This document shows, piece by piece, positions 1-8,936 of a stretch of DNA of 64,000 nt (positions are counted from its first letter, which is position 1; every line of letters begins with the position of its first letter). The stretch is from Alphaproteobacteria bacterium (GTDB lineage: Bacteria > Pseudomonadota > Alphaproteobacteria > UBA828), in assembly GCA_965214705.1 (NCBI GenBank), contig CBDCCI010000002.1, forward strand, positions 832,001 through 896,000, written 5' to 3'. The notes below the pieces were generated by a model. The model was not told the origin of the DNA. It was given only the letters and a program-made list of their open reading frames with translations, and did not search any database. Position numbers and translations under genes: made by a program.

Positions 1-1007
1 GCGTTGTCGGCGTGGAACATGGCCCGGTCGCAGACGGCCATGGAGAGATCGGCCGAGTAGCCGCAGCGGGCGTTGAGCGCGCCGTCGACCGCCAGCAGCC
101 TGCCCGTCTCATCGCAGCCGTAGCTGTAATCGACCCTGAAGTCGTGGCGCTTGCCGGTCATGATCATGTCGTCGTCGCGGTCGAGGCGGAGCTTGGCGGC
201 CGAGCCGGTCACGCTGGCTGCGAGCGCGGCGAGGCAGGCCCATTGCGCCGCCTGGCTTTCCTTGCCGCCGAAGGCGCCGCCCATGCGCCGGCATTCGCAC
301 ACCACGTCCGAATCCGGCTTGCCCAGCATGGCGGCCACGAGGTGTTGGATCTCCGAGGGATGCTGCGTCGACGAGACAACGTGCATCGCACCGCCCTCGC
401 CGGGCAGCGCCAGGGCGACTTGCCCCTCGAGATAGAAGTGCTCCTGACCGCCGACGTGGAGTGAGCCCGACCCCGTATGTGGGGCCTGCTTCATGTCCGC
501 ACCCGGCTCGCCGCGCAGGAACTGATAGTCGGGAACCACCGTTTCGCCCGAGGCGAGACCGGCCTCGACCGAGACGCGCGGCTCCTCCTCGTCGACCGTG
601 ATGCGGGCCAGGCGGCTGGCGCGGCGGGCCTCGTCCCGGCTCAGCGCCACCACCGCGAAGACCACTTGGCCGTGAAACGCGATGCGGCCGTCGGCGAGGA
701 TCGGGTCGTCGCCGAAGACCGGGCTGCAATCGTTCTTGCCGGAGATGTCGGCGGCGGTCAGAACCGCGACGACGCCCGGCGCGGCCCGGACCGCATCGAG
801 GTCGAGCGCGGTGATCCGGCCACGCGCGGCATCGTTGGCATATCCGGGCGCGACGTGCACCAGCGCCGCCGGCTCGGGCACGTCGTCGATGAAGCGCGCC
901 GTGCCCTGGACGTGCCCGCCCGCGCTGTCGTGGGCGAGCGCTCGCCCGACTGCGCCGTTGCCGTCGCCGGGCGCGGTCCGCTCCGCTTGAAGAACCTCAG
1001 GCGGCAC
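1..1007 (-). CDS. xdhB: xanthine dehydrogenase molybdopterin-binding subunit (5' part; runs off window edge)
   Basis: Absent from the ORF track (no stop in window). Manual translation from GTG at 1007 (GAGGAGG upstream) gives MPPEVLQ...AHDSAGGHVQGTARFIDDVPEP...GQEHFYLEGQ...STQHPSEIQH...RRMGGAFGGKESQ, the XdhB motifs. Overlaps the xdhA stop. Confidence 0.93.
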   Translation of the reverse strand, partial: MPPEVLQAERTAPGDGNGAVGRALAHDSAGGHVQGTARFIDDVPEPAALVHVAPGYANDAARGRITALDLDAVRAAPGVVAVLTAADISGKNDCSPVFGDDPILADGRIAFHGQVVFAVVALSRDEARRASRLARITVDEEEPRVSVEAGLASGETVVPDYQFLRGEPGADMKQAPHTGSGSLHVGGQEHFYLEGQVALALPGEGGAMHVVSSTQHPSEIQHLVAAMLGKPDSDVVCECRRMGGAFGGKESQAAQWACLAALAASVTGSAAKLRLDRDDDMIMTGKRHDFRVDYSYGCDETGRLLAVDGALNARCGYSADLSMAVCDRAMFHADN

Positions 1008-2484
1008 GTTCCGCCTCCTCCGGCCGCAGGCCCACGAGCCGGGTCGCGGTGCTCGCCTCCCCGCCCGCCTCGTGCAGGGCCTTCTGCAGGAGCGCCCGCG
1101 CCGTTTCCAGCCGATACCGGGCGCTGGCCCGCATGTCGTCGATGGGCTGGAAGTCCGATGCCAGGGCCTCGCGAGCGGCGTCCCAGTCGCGGTGGTCCTC
1201 AAGCTGCACGCCCCCGAGGGCGGCTTCCGTCGCGGCGGCCCGCTTCGGCGTGGCCGCCATGCCGCCGAAGGCGACACGCGCGTGCGTGACGCGGCGCCCC
1301 TCGACGGTGAACCTGAAGGCACCCAGGACGCCAGAAATGTCCTGATCGAAGCGCTTGGAAATCTTGTAGCAGCGGAAGACGTGGTCGGACTCGAGGCGTG
1401 GCACGTCGATCCCGGTCACGAACTCGCCGGCCGCCCGGTCCTGCTTGCCGTAGTCGATGAAGAAGTCTTCGAGCGGCATGGACCGCGCGGCCTCGCCCCG
1501 GCGCAGGTGCAGCGTCGTGCCAAGCGCGATCAGCGCAGGCATTGAATCGCCGATCGGGGAGCCGTTGGCGATGTTCCCGCCAAGCGTCCCCACTGCGCGG
1601 ACCTGCTTGCCGCCGAAACGACGCAACAGCTCGACGAGATCGGGATCGATCGCCGCCATGGCGGGTTCCGCCTGCGCATGAGTGACGCCCGCTCCAAAAT
1701 AGAAGCCCTGCTCGGTCTCGCGCATCTCCGCCAGACCGGCCACCCGCCCCAGGAGGATGACCTTCGGCAGGGCCCGAAGCTGCTTGGTGATCCACAACCC
1801 GACATCCGTGGCGCCCGCGACCAGCGTGGCCTCCGGGTGCCGTGCGTAGAGGCGAGCGAGCGCATCGACCGTGGCCGGTGCCGCCAGGAACCCCGTCGCC
1901 TCGTCGCCGATGAAGAGGTCCTCGCCGTCGTCGAGCGCCGCCAGGCCTTCGACGGTGGCGGCACGGTGCGCCGCGAACGCGTCGCGCGGCGTTCCGGCGC
2001 ATGCTTCCAGCGCGGCATCCACGATGGGCCGGTAGCCGGTGCAGCGGCACAGATTGCCGGCGAGCGCGTCGTTCACCGCCTGCCGGTCGCAGCGCCCGCC
2101 TCCGTGATAGAGCGTGAAGAGACTCATCACGATGCCCGGCGTACAGAAGCCGCACTGGTTGCCATGATGCCTGAGCACCGCGTCCTGCACCGGGTGCAGT
2201 GCGCCGTCCGGCCCCACTAGGTCTTCGACGGCGACCAGCTCCTTGCCGTCGATCATGCCCAGCAGGCAGATGCAGGCGTTGACCGGCGCGTACTCCAGCC
2301 TGCCGTCCTGCAGGGTGCCGAGCGCCACAGTGCAGGCGCCGCAGTCACCCTCGGCGCAACCCTCCTTGGTGCCGCAGGCGTGGCGGCGCAGTCGCAGATA
2401 GTCGAGCAGGGTCTCGTTCGCGCCCACATCGGTCAGCGAGACGACCTCGCCGCGGTGGAGAAACCGGACCGACGCGCGCGTCAT
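997..2484 (-). CDS. xdhA: xanthine dehydrogenase small subunit (2x[2Fe-2S] + FAD)
   Basis: GTKEGCAEGDCGACTV, QCGFCTPG, GNLCRCTGY, AGATDVGLW, YKISKRFDQDIS. Confidence 0.95.
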   Translation of the reverse strand: MTRASVRFLHRGEVVSLTDVGANETLLDYLRLRRHACGTKEGCAEGDCGACTVALGTLQDGRLEYAPVNACICLLGMIDGKELVAVEDLVGPDGALHPVQDAVLRHHGNQCGFCTPGIVMSLFTLYHGGGRCDRQAVNDALAGNLCRCTGYRPIVDAALEACAGTPRDAFAAHRAATVEGLAALDDGEDLFIGDEATGFLAAPATVDALARLYARHPEATLVAGATDVGLWITKQLRALPKVILLGRVAGLAEMRETEQGFYFGAGVTHAQAEPAMAAIDPDLVELLRRFGGKQVRAVGTLGGNIANGSPIGDSMPALIALGTTLHLRRGEAARSMPLEDFFIDYGKQDRAAGEFVTGIDVPRLESDHVFRCYKISKRFDQDISGVLGAFRFTVEGRRVTHARVAFGGMAATPKRAAATEAALGGVQLEDHRDWDAAREALASDFQPIDDMRASARYRLETARALLQKALHEAGGEASTATRLVGLRPEEAERAA

Positions 2485-2487
2485 GCG

Positions 2488-2841
2488 TCAACTGCCGCGA
2501 TAGGTGGAGTAGCCATACGCGGAAAGTAGCAGCGGGACGTGGTAGTGGCCTTGCGGATCCGCGACGCCAAAGCGCACTGGCACGACATCGAGGAACGGCG
2601 GTTCGGGAAGCGGCCCGCCCGCGCGCCTTCGATAATCGCCCGCCATGAAGCGCAATTCGTAGGTGCCGGCGGCAAACGCCTCTCCTTCCAGCAAAGCGCC
2701 CTCGACCCGGCCGTCGTCGTTCGTCACGTCGGTCTTGAGGCGTTCTGCCGCCGCGCCGTCCAGGCGCCAGAGCTCCAGCGTCAATCCTCGCGCCGGCGTG
2801 CCCAGCGTCAAATCAAGGACATGCGTCGTCAACCGCCCGAT
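2488..2841 (-). CDS. uraH: 5-hydroxyisourate hydrolase (transthyretin-like)
   Basis: GRLTTHVLD N-terminus, HYHVPLL and C-terminal YRGS signature. Start is ATC at 2841 or TTG at 2832 (see findings). Confidence 0.93.
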   Translation of the reverse strand: MGRLTTHVLDLTLGTPARGLTLELWRLDGAAAERLKTDVTNDDGRVEGALLEGEAFAAGTYELRFMAGDYRRRAGGPLPEPPFLDVVPVRFGVADPQGHYHVPLLLSAYGYSTYRGS

Positions 2842-2911
2842 GGGTCTTCACTCCTCGGCTGCCGATTGCGTTTTGTCGTCTCTTCAAAACAACCGGCGAT
2901 TGTCTACGAAA

Positions 2912-2927
2912 TTTTGAGATCGCAAAA
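2912..2927. promoter_or_regulatory. candidate operator upstream of uraH-xdhAB
   Basis: TTTTGAGATCGCAAAA, a 16-bp palindrome with one mismatched pair, in an AT-rich intergenic patch. Confidence 0.4.
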
Positions 2928-3067
2928 GAACGGTATTTCGTGAATTGGCACTCGGGATGGACTGCTAAGCGCGCTGTTCTGCGGTCGGGCCGGCGCCATG
3001 CCGTTCTGCCGCTCTCGGTGCGTTCGCTGCCGTCCGCGCCAGCACGGCGCACCGATGTCAGCGCGAC

Positions 3068-4090
3068 TCAGGTAGTGACGACGATCTTGCCGCGCTGCAC
3101 GTTGGATTCCATGTAGCGATGGGCGTCCACGATCTGCTCGAGCGGGAAGGTCCGGTCGATGATCGGCCTCAACGCGCCCGAGGCCACCTCGTCGTGCACG
3201 AAGGCGAAGCAGGCGGCGCGCTTCTCCGGCAGGCGCATCGTGTCATACAGGCTGTGGAACTTGAAGAAGAGCCGCTTGGCGAGCATCGGCAGGACGGGGA
3301 TGTCGATCGGCTCGGTGCGGAGATTGCCGTAGTTGACGATGAGCCCATAGGGCTGCACCGCCGCGACGAGATCGCCAATGAAGGCACCGCCCACCGGGTC
3401 GTAGGCGATGGTGAAGCCCTGGCCGCCGGTAATCTCCTTCACGCGGGTCTCCAGGTCCTCCTCCTCGGTGGCGACGACGTGATCGGCGCCCGCGCCGAGC
3501 AGGAAATCAGCCTTATCGGACCTGCGTGTGGCCGCGATAACCGTGGCCCCGGCATTCTTCGCGATCTGCAACCCGGCAAGCGCGGCGCTGCTGCTCGCCG
3601 CCGTAACCAGAACGATGTCATCGGACGACACGCCGGCGTGGTCGACGAGCCCGCCCCACGCGGTGCCGTACTGGCACCAGATTGCGCCGGCCTCGACTAC
3701 CGAAATGCCGTCGGGATTGCGGGCGACGCAGAACGCGGGCACCACCGCGCTCTCGCCGTAGAGGCCGTACCTGTTGACCGAATCGTTGGTCCAGTTGCCC
3801 CACTGGTCCCACGAATTGAAGGGAACGGCACCTGCGCGCTCGCCGATGGAGAGACCCGAGACGCCGGGGCCCAGCGCATCGATCACGCCGCTTGCCTCGA
3901 TCCCGATGCGGGAAGGGAAGGTGGGGTTGGAGACGTAGGCGCCGTTCCGCAACATGATCTCCGCCCGGTTGAGTCCGATCGCTTCGATCTTGAGGCGAAC
4001 CTCGCCCTCCCCCGGCTCCTCGAGCGGCTCCTCCCGAACCTCCAGGACCTCCGGGCCGCCGTGTCTGGCAAATCGAACGATGCGTGGCAT
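3068..4090 (-). CDS. MDR-superfamily NADPH:quinone oxidoreductase-like / zinc-binding ADH family protein
   Basis: GGPEVL, AIGLNRAE, GIEASG, VTAASS, AHRYMESN..GKIVV; no Zn-binding Cys cluster. Confidence 0.85.
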   Translation of the reverse strand: MPRIVRFARHGGPEVLEVREEPLEEPGEGEVRLKIEAIGLNRAEIMLRNGAYVSNPTFPSRIGIEASGVIDALGPGVSGLSIGERAGAVPFNSWDQWGNWTNDSVNRYGLYGESAVVPAFCVARNPDGISVVEAGAIWCQYGTAWGGLVDHAGVSSDDIVLVTAASSSAALAGLQIAKNAGATVIAATRRSDKADFLLGAGADHVVATEEEDLETRVKEITGGQGFTIAYDPVGGAFIGDLVAAVQPYGLIVNYGNLRTEPIDIPVLPMLAKRLFFKFHSLYDTMRLPEKRAACFAFVHDEVASGALRPIIDRTFPLEQIVDAHRYMESNVQRGKIVVTT

Positions 4091-4280
4091 GCGATTGACC
4101 TCTCCCCGTCTCGGAAACTCTGTCGAACGTTTGGATGATAAGGCTTGAGAACAGCCGAGTGGAGCCCTAGCCCGGTCGAAAACGCCCGCACCACGCCCGC
4201 GGGCACACGATTTCGAGAAGGCGCCATAATTCCGTCGTATTCCCGTGAGATCGTCGCCTCAACGGCCGGGGTGACTGCTG

Positions 4281-5102
4281 TTGCGGCTTCTTCACAGGGG
4301 ACGATGGTTCGGAGGTCGCCCGCTCCGCTCTCGGTGGGCGCTCGTCGTGGGCTGCGCCATGGTCCTGATCGGCTCCGTGACGGCGGTCGCCCCGGCTGAC
4401 CCGGCTGAGTCCGACGAAACAACCCTTTTGCACCCGTCTCCCTGGGAAGCGGCCGACGCCGAAGCGCAATTCCTGGCCGACCGCATTCTTCGAAGGAGCG
4501 GCGACGGCTTGCTGTTGGGCAACGAGCGCCAGCGCGCACTCGGTCACGACGTCAAGCAGGCACTGTCGCTTATTCGCCGCGCGTATCCGGCGATGACGGA
4601 CATTCGCGTGCGAGAGGAATACAGGCCGGGGAGGATCATACTTGGCCTCGAGGGTGATCTAAAAGACACCGTCGTCGGCATGTGGAACGATGAGACCGCG
4701 CTCGCCCCACCGCCCACCGGGCACGCGGCCTTCGATGCCTTGAATGCGAAGTTGGGGCTCAAGGCTGCGGAAACGCTCCGCCATGGCGGTTACGCTTTTC
4801 TGGACGTGGACGAGCGCGTGGACGTGATAGAGGCGGCTTTTGCCTATTTCACGATCGATGGCGTCGACTACGCCCGGCCCGAGTGGATGGTAGGGGGTAG
4901 CCCCGATGTCGATGCGGCCAAGGTGCAGGGTACCTGGCACTTCGTCTTTCGCAACGCGTGGGGCGATTGCCCGGCCGGTTGCATCCACAGCGAGCTCTCG
5001 TTCTTCATTGTTGCAAACGGTGAGGTCCAGCGGATCGGGCGCGCAGAGGCGCGCAGCATGGACCCCTTCGCGACGCTTCTCGCAGACAGGGGCTGGCGCT
5101 AA
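4281..5102 (+). CDS. hypothetical exported protein with C-terminal WGDCPAGC motif
   Basis: 273-aa ORF filling the gap, natural composition, hydrophobic N-terminal segment; start uncertain (TTG 4281 or a later ATG). Confidence 0.7.
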   Translation: MRLLHRGRWFGGRPLRSRWALVVGCAMVLIGSVTAVAPADPAESDETTLLHPSPWEAADAEAQFLADRILRRSGDGLLLGNERQRALGHDVKQALSLIRRAYPAMTDIRVREEYRPGRIILGLEGDLKDTVVGMWNDETALAPPPTGHAAFDALNAKLGLKAAETLRHGGYAFLDVDERVDVIEAAFAYFTIDGVDYARPEWMVGGSPDVDAAKVQGTWHFVFRNAWGDCPAGCIHSELSFFIVANGEVQRIGRAEARSMDPFATLLADRGWR

Positions 5103-5129
5103 TCGGGATGGAGGCGGACCTGCGCCCGT

Positions 5130-6242
5130 TCAAGCGGTTGGCAGGTCGAAGTTGTAGAAGCGGGCGCAGTTGTTGAAGGTGATGTCCCGGCGCGTCTCCT
5201 CGTCCAGATGGCCGAAGACACGCTCGATCACCGCCATCGTATTCGGATACGTGCAGCGTGCGTGGGGAAAGTCCGAGCCCCACATGATGGTCTTCGGGTC
5301 GATCACGTCCAGCACCTTGTCGAGATAGGGATCGTCGATCAGCCCGTGATAGATCTGGCCCATGTACTCCTCGATCGGCCGCTTGATCTTGGGGATGTCC
5401 AGCGCCGGGCCAAAGTCGTCCTGAATCTGCTTGGCGCGGAACAGCCAGTAGGGCAGCCAGCAGACCTCGTACTCCGAGAGCACAAGCTTGAGGTTCTCGA
5501 AGCGGTCGAGGACGCCGCCGAAAATGAACTCGTTGGCGAGCACGGGTCCGGCCTCCGCCAAGACGCCGATGCAGGTGCGCGGCACGTTGATGCGCTCAGG
5601 CCCGTGCAGGACGAAGGGGTCGACCTCGTTGCCGGTGATGATGTGGAGAGTCACCGGCTGGTCCAGCTCCTGCGCGAGCGCCCAGAAGGGGTCGTAGTGC
5701 TTGTCCTGGAACGGCGGCCACTCGGGGCGGGAGTCGCAGTTGATGATCACGCTCTTCAACCCGCGCTTCGCGGTCCTCTCCAGCTCTTTGCAGGCCCAGT
5801 CGATGTCCGCCATGTGGATCATCGAGGTGCCGTACAGCTGCTTCGGCGCGTGGCTGCAGTATTCGGCGAGCCAGTCGTTGAACACCCTGCACAGGTCCTC
5901 GACCAGCCGGTCGTCCCGCGCGCGCATCGCATAGAGCATCCAGGTGGAGTTCACGATCTCGCCGACGACACCGTCCTCTTTCATGCACTCCAGCCGGATC
6001 GCGGGGTCGGTGCCCGAGCCCACGAGCTTCCGCTGCAGCTCCTCGTCGCCCTCCACGATCTCGTCCACGCGGACGTATTCGAACCCGGTGAAGAAGTGGT
6101 CGCCCTCGACGCCGGCATGCTCGGACACCATGCGCGGCACGGCATCGCCGTAGCGCGCGCCGAGCGGCTTCGACCACAGGTCCGCCGGCTCAATAACGTG
6201 GGAATCGCCCGAGATAACGGGCAGTTGTCCGTTCTCAGCCAT
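5130..6242 (-). CDS. amidohydrolase family 2 protein
   Basis: ISGDSHVIEP, vTLHI, MWGSDFPH, NCARFY. Confidence 0.88.
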   Translation of the reverse strand: MAENGQLPVISGDSHVIEPADLWSKPLGARYGDAVPRMVSEHAGVEGDHFFTGFEYVRVDEIVEGDEELQRKLVGSGTDPAIRLECMKEDGVVGEIVNSTWMLYAMRARDDRLVEDLCRVFNDWLAEYCSHAPKQLYGTSMIHMADIDWACKELERTAKRGLKSVIINCDSRPEWPPFQDKHYDPFWALAQELDQPVTLHIITGNEVDPFVLHGPERINVPRTCIGVLAEAGPVLANEFIFGGVLDRFENLKLVLSEYEVCWLPYWLFRAKQIQDDFGPALDIPKIKRPIEEYMGQIYHGLIDDPYLDKVLDVIDPKTIMWGSDFPHARCTYPNTMAVIERVFGHLDEETRRDITFNNCARFYNFDLPTA

Positions 6243-6272
6243 CGCTAACTTCTGAGCCCTGGTTTTGGAGAA

Positions 6273-7298
6273 CTAGTCTCTCAGCATGAGCAGCAGCTTC
6301 TGCCGGTAGTTGTCGGCGATCACCGCGAGGATGAGCAGGATGCCGATCACCACCAGCTGCATGTATGAGCTGATGCGCAGCAGATTCATGCCGTTCTGCA
6401 CGAGGATGATGAAGATGGCGCCGAGCACCACGTTGGGCAGCCGCCCGGTGCCGCCGAAGAGGCTGACACCGCCGATCACGCAGGCCGCGATGGAGAGCAG
6501 CGGGTACTCCTTGCCGATGTTGCCCTCGCCACTCTCCAGCCGGGCGGTCAGCATGATCGCGCCGATGGTCGTGATCGCGGCGGTCACGACGTAGGCCATG
6601 AACAGGTAGAAGCGCGTGCTGATGCCCGAGAGCTGCGAGGCCTTGAGGTTGCCGCCGAGAGCGTAGAGATAGCGCCCCATTCGGGTCCAGTTGAGGAATA
6701 CGTACATCAGGATGATGAACCCGATGGTGATCCAGATCGGGATCGGGACACCGATTCCCCTGCCGTAGCCGAGGACGTTCGCGAAGTTGTCCGGCATGCC
6801 GTAGATCGGCGTGCCGCCTGTAATCATGAGCGCGATGCCGAAGACGATGGACGACATCGCGAGAGTCATCATGAAGGGCGGCACCCGGAAGACCGCGACG
6901 CCGATACCGTTGACCACGCCGATGCCGGTGCCGGCGCCGAAGCCGGCGAGGCAGCCGATGAGGATCGCGGCCGTGGTGGCCTCGCCGCCGTCCCACACGC
7001 CCACCATGGTCATGGATGTGATGACCGAGACCAGGGCGAACATGACACCCACCGAGAGATCGAGGCCTGCGGTCAGCAGCACGACCATCTGGCCCATGGA
7101 GACCATGATCAGGTAGGTGGACTGGCGCGCGACCTGCATCAGGTTGCGGCTGCTGAAGAAGTTGTCCGTGGTGATCGCGAAGACGACGATCGCGATGAGG
7201 AGGAACCAGGGAAGCACGCCGGCACGGACGAAGATGAGCGTTGCGAAATACTCCGCTCTCTCCATCCACGTCCGCCGCTCCTGGGCGATATCGGCCAT
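6273..7298 (-). CDS. ABC transporter permease (RbsC/CUT2 type)
   Basis: Polytopic; GLDLSVG, GRYLYALGGN, IGGVSLFGGTG. Confidence 0.92.
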   Translation of the reverse strand: MADIAQERRTWMERAEYFATLIFVRAGVLPWFLLIAIVVFAITTDNFFSSRNLMQVARQSTYLIMVSMGQMVVLLTAGLDLSVGVMFALVSVITSMTMVGVWDGGEATTAAILIGCLAGFGAGTGIGVVNGIGVAVFRVPPFMMTLAMSSIVFGIALMITGGTPIYGMPDNFANVLGYGRGIGVPIPIWITIGFIILMYVFLNWTRMGRYLYALGGNLKASQLSGISTRFYLFMAYVVTAAITTIGAIMLTARLESGEGNIGKEYPLLSIAACVIGGVSLFGGTGRLPNVVLGAIFIILVQNGMNLLRISSYMQLVVIGILLILAVIADNYRQKLLLMLRD

Positions 7299-7314
7299 TA
7301 AGTCTCCCTCCGGG

Positions 7315-8889
7315 TCACGCCTCGTCCTCCTTCTCGAAGAAGTGGTGCAGCACCGTTTCCTCCGAGATTTCGGATTGATCGAGCTCGGCGCGCAGTTCGC
7401 CGCGGTACATCACGTAGGTGCGGTGTACGAGGTGCAGGATCTCCGGCAGGTCCGAGGAGATCAGGAGAACGCCCGCGCCCGCCTCGCAGAGATCGCGGAT
7501 GAACTCGTAGATCGCCACCCGCGCACCGACGTCGACGCCGACCGTCGGCTCGTCGAAGACGAAGAGCTTCACGTCGCGCACCAGCGACTTGCCCACCAGC
7601 ACCTTCTGCTGGTTGCCGCCGGAGAAGTGCTCCAGGTCGCGCTCGATGTTGAGCGGCATCAGGTCCAGCTTCTGCGCGATATCGCGCACGACCTTGCGCT
7701 CGTTGTTGCGGCGCAGGAACAGGCGGTTCGAGAACTTGCCCAGCCCGAGCGAGGGCAGTGACACGTTCTCCCGCACGTTCTGCATCATCACCAGGCCCTC
7801 TTGGCGGCGGTCCGAGGGCAGGTAGTAGAGGCCGCGGTCGAGCATCCGGCGGGTCCCAAGCTTGTTCACGTGCCTGGCCCGGTCGTAGACGACATCGCCG
7901 TCGAAGGTGATCTTGCCCGCCATGATCCGCTCGAGGCCGAAGCAGGCGCGGCCCAGGTCGGACTTGCCCGAGCCCACCAGGCCGGCGAGGCCGACCACCT
8001 CGCCGCGCCGCACGTTGATCGAGACGTCGTTCACGAAGTGCTTGGCGGTGACGAGGTTCTCGACCTCCAGCAGGGTTTCGGCCGGGTTGCGTTTGATATC
8101 CGGGAAGATCTGCTCGATGACGCGGCCGGTCATCAGCTCGACGAGCTTCTGGTCGGTGGCCTCCTCGACGGGGATCGTGTCGATATGCACCCCGTCGCGC
8201 AGCACGGTTATGCGGTCGCCGATCCGCTTGATCTCGTTCATCCGGTGGGTGATGTAGATGATGCCGATGCCTTCGGCCTTGATCTGCTCGATCAGGCCGA
8301 ACAGCCGGTCGGTCTCGCGTTCCGTGAGCGAGGCGGTCGGCTCGTCGAAGATCATGATGTTCGGCCGGGTGCGGAAGGCCTTGGCGATCTCCACCATCTG
8401 CTGTTCGGCGCGGGAGAGATACATCACCTCGTCGCGCGGCCTGAGCGGGAAGCCGAGGCGGTCGAGCGTCTCGCGCGCCTGCCTGGCGAGCGCCCGCTTG
8501 TTGAGCAGGCCCCCGCGCGTCAGCTCGTCGCCGAGAAACAGGTTCTCCTCGACCGTGAGGTGCGGCACCAGCGAGAATTCCTGGAAGACCGCGCTCACGC
8601 CGAGCTGACGCGCGTGGTGCACCGAGTGAATGACGGTCGGCTCGCCGCGCAGGTGGATGGTCCCGCCGGACGGCCTGTGCACGCCGGCAACGATCTGGAT
8701 CAGCGTCGACTTTCCCGCGCCGTTCTCGCCGAACAGCACGTGCACCTCGCCGGCCTGCACGTCGAAATTAACGCGATCCAGCGCGAGCGTGCCGGGAAAT
8801 TGCTTAGAGAGATTTTCTAATCTGAGAAGAGTGTCCCCGGAGCCCTGAGGCTCCGGGGACTCGTCAAACACTGCTGATGGTTCTGCCAC
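7315..8889 (-). CDS. ABC transporter ATP-binding protein (RbsA-type, two NBDs)
   Basis: GENGAGKS, FDEPT, SGGNQQK, DEPTVGVDVGA; GGAGG upstream of GTG. Confidence 0.93.
   Translation of the reverse strand: MAEPSAVFDESPEPQGSGDTLLRLENLSKQFPGTLALDRVNFDVQAGEVHVLFGENGAGKSTLIQIVAGVHRPSGGTIHLRGEPTVIHSVHHARQLGVSAVFQEFSLVPHLTVEENLFLGDELTRGGLLNKRALARQARETLDRLGFPLRPRDEVMYLSRAEQQMVEIAKAFRTRPNIMIFDEPTASLTERETDRLFGLIEQIKAEGIGIIYITHRMNEIKRIGDRITVLRDGVHIDTIPVEEATDQKLVELMTGRVIEQIFPDIKRNPAETLLEVENLVTAKHFVNDVSINVRRGEVVGLAGLVGSGKSDLGRACFGLERIMAGKITFDGDVVYDRARHVNKLGTRRMLDRGLYYLPSDRRQEGLVMMQNVRENVSLPSLGLGKFSNRLFLRRNNERKVVRDIAQKLDLMPLNIERDLEHFSGGNQQKVLVGKSLVRDVKLFVFDEPTVGVDVGARVAIYEFIRDLCEAGAGVLLISSDLPEILHLVHRTYVMYRGELRAELDQSEISEETVLHHFFEKEDEA
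8833..8860. repeat. perfect 12-bp inverted repeat within 5' end of the ATPase gene
   Basis: GTCCCCGGAGCC-CTGA-GGCTCCGGGGAC. Confidence 0.8.
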
Positions 8890-8936
8890 TTGCAGGGGCC
8901 TCCATCAGTCCCTTGTCTGTGGCGATCCGATCACGC

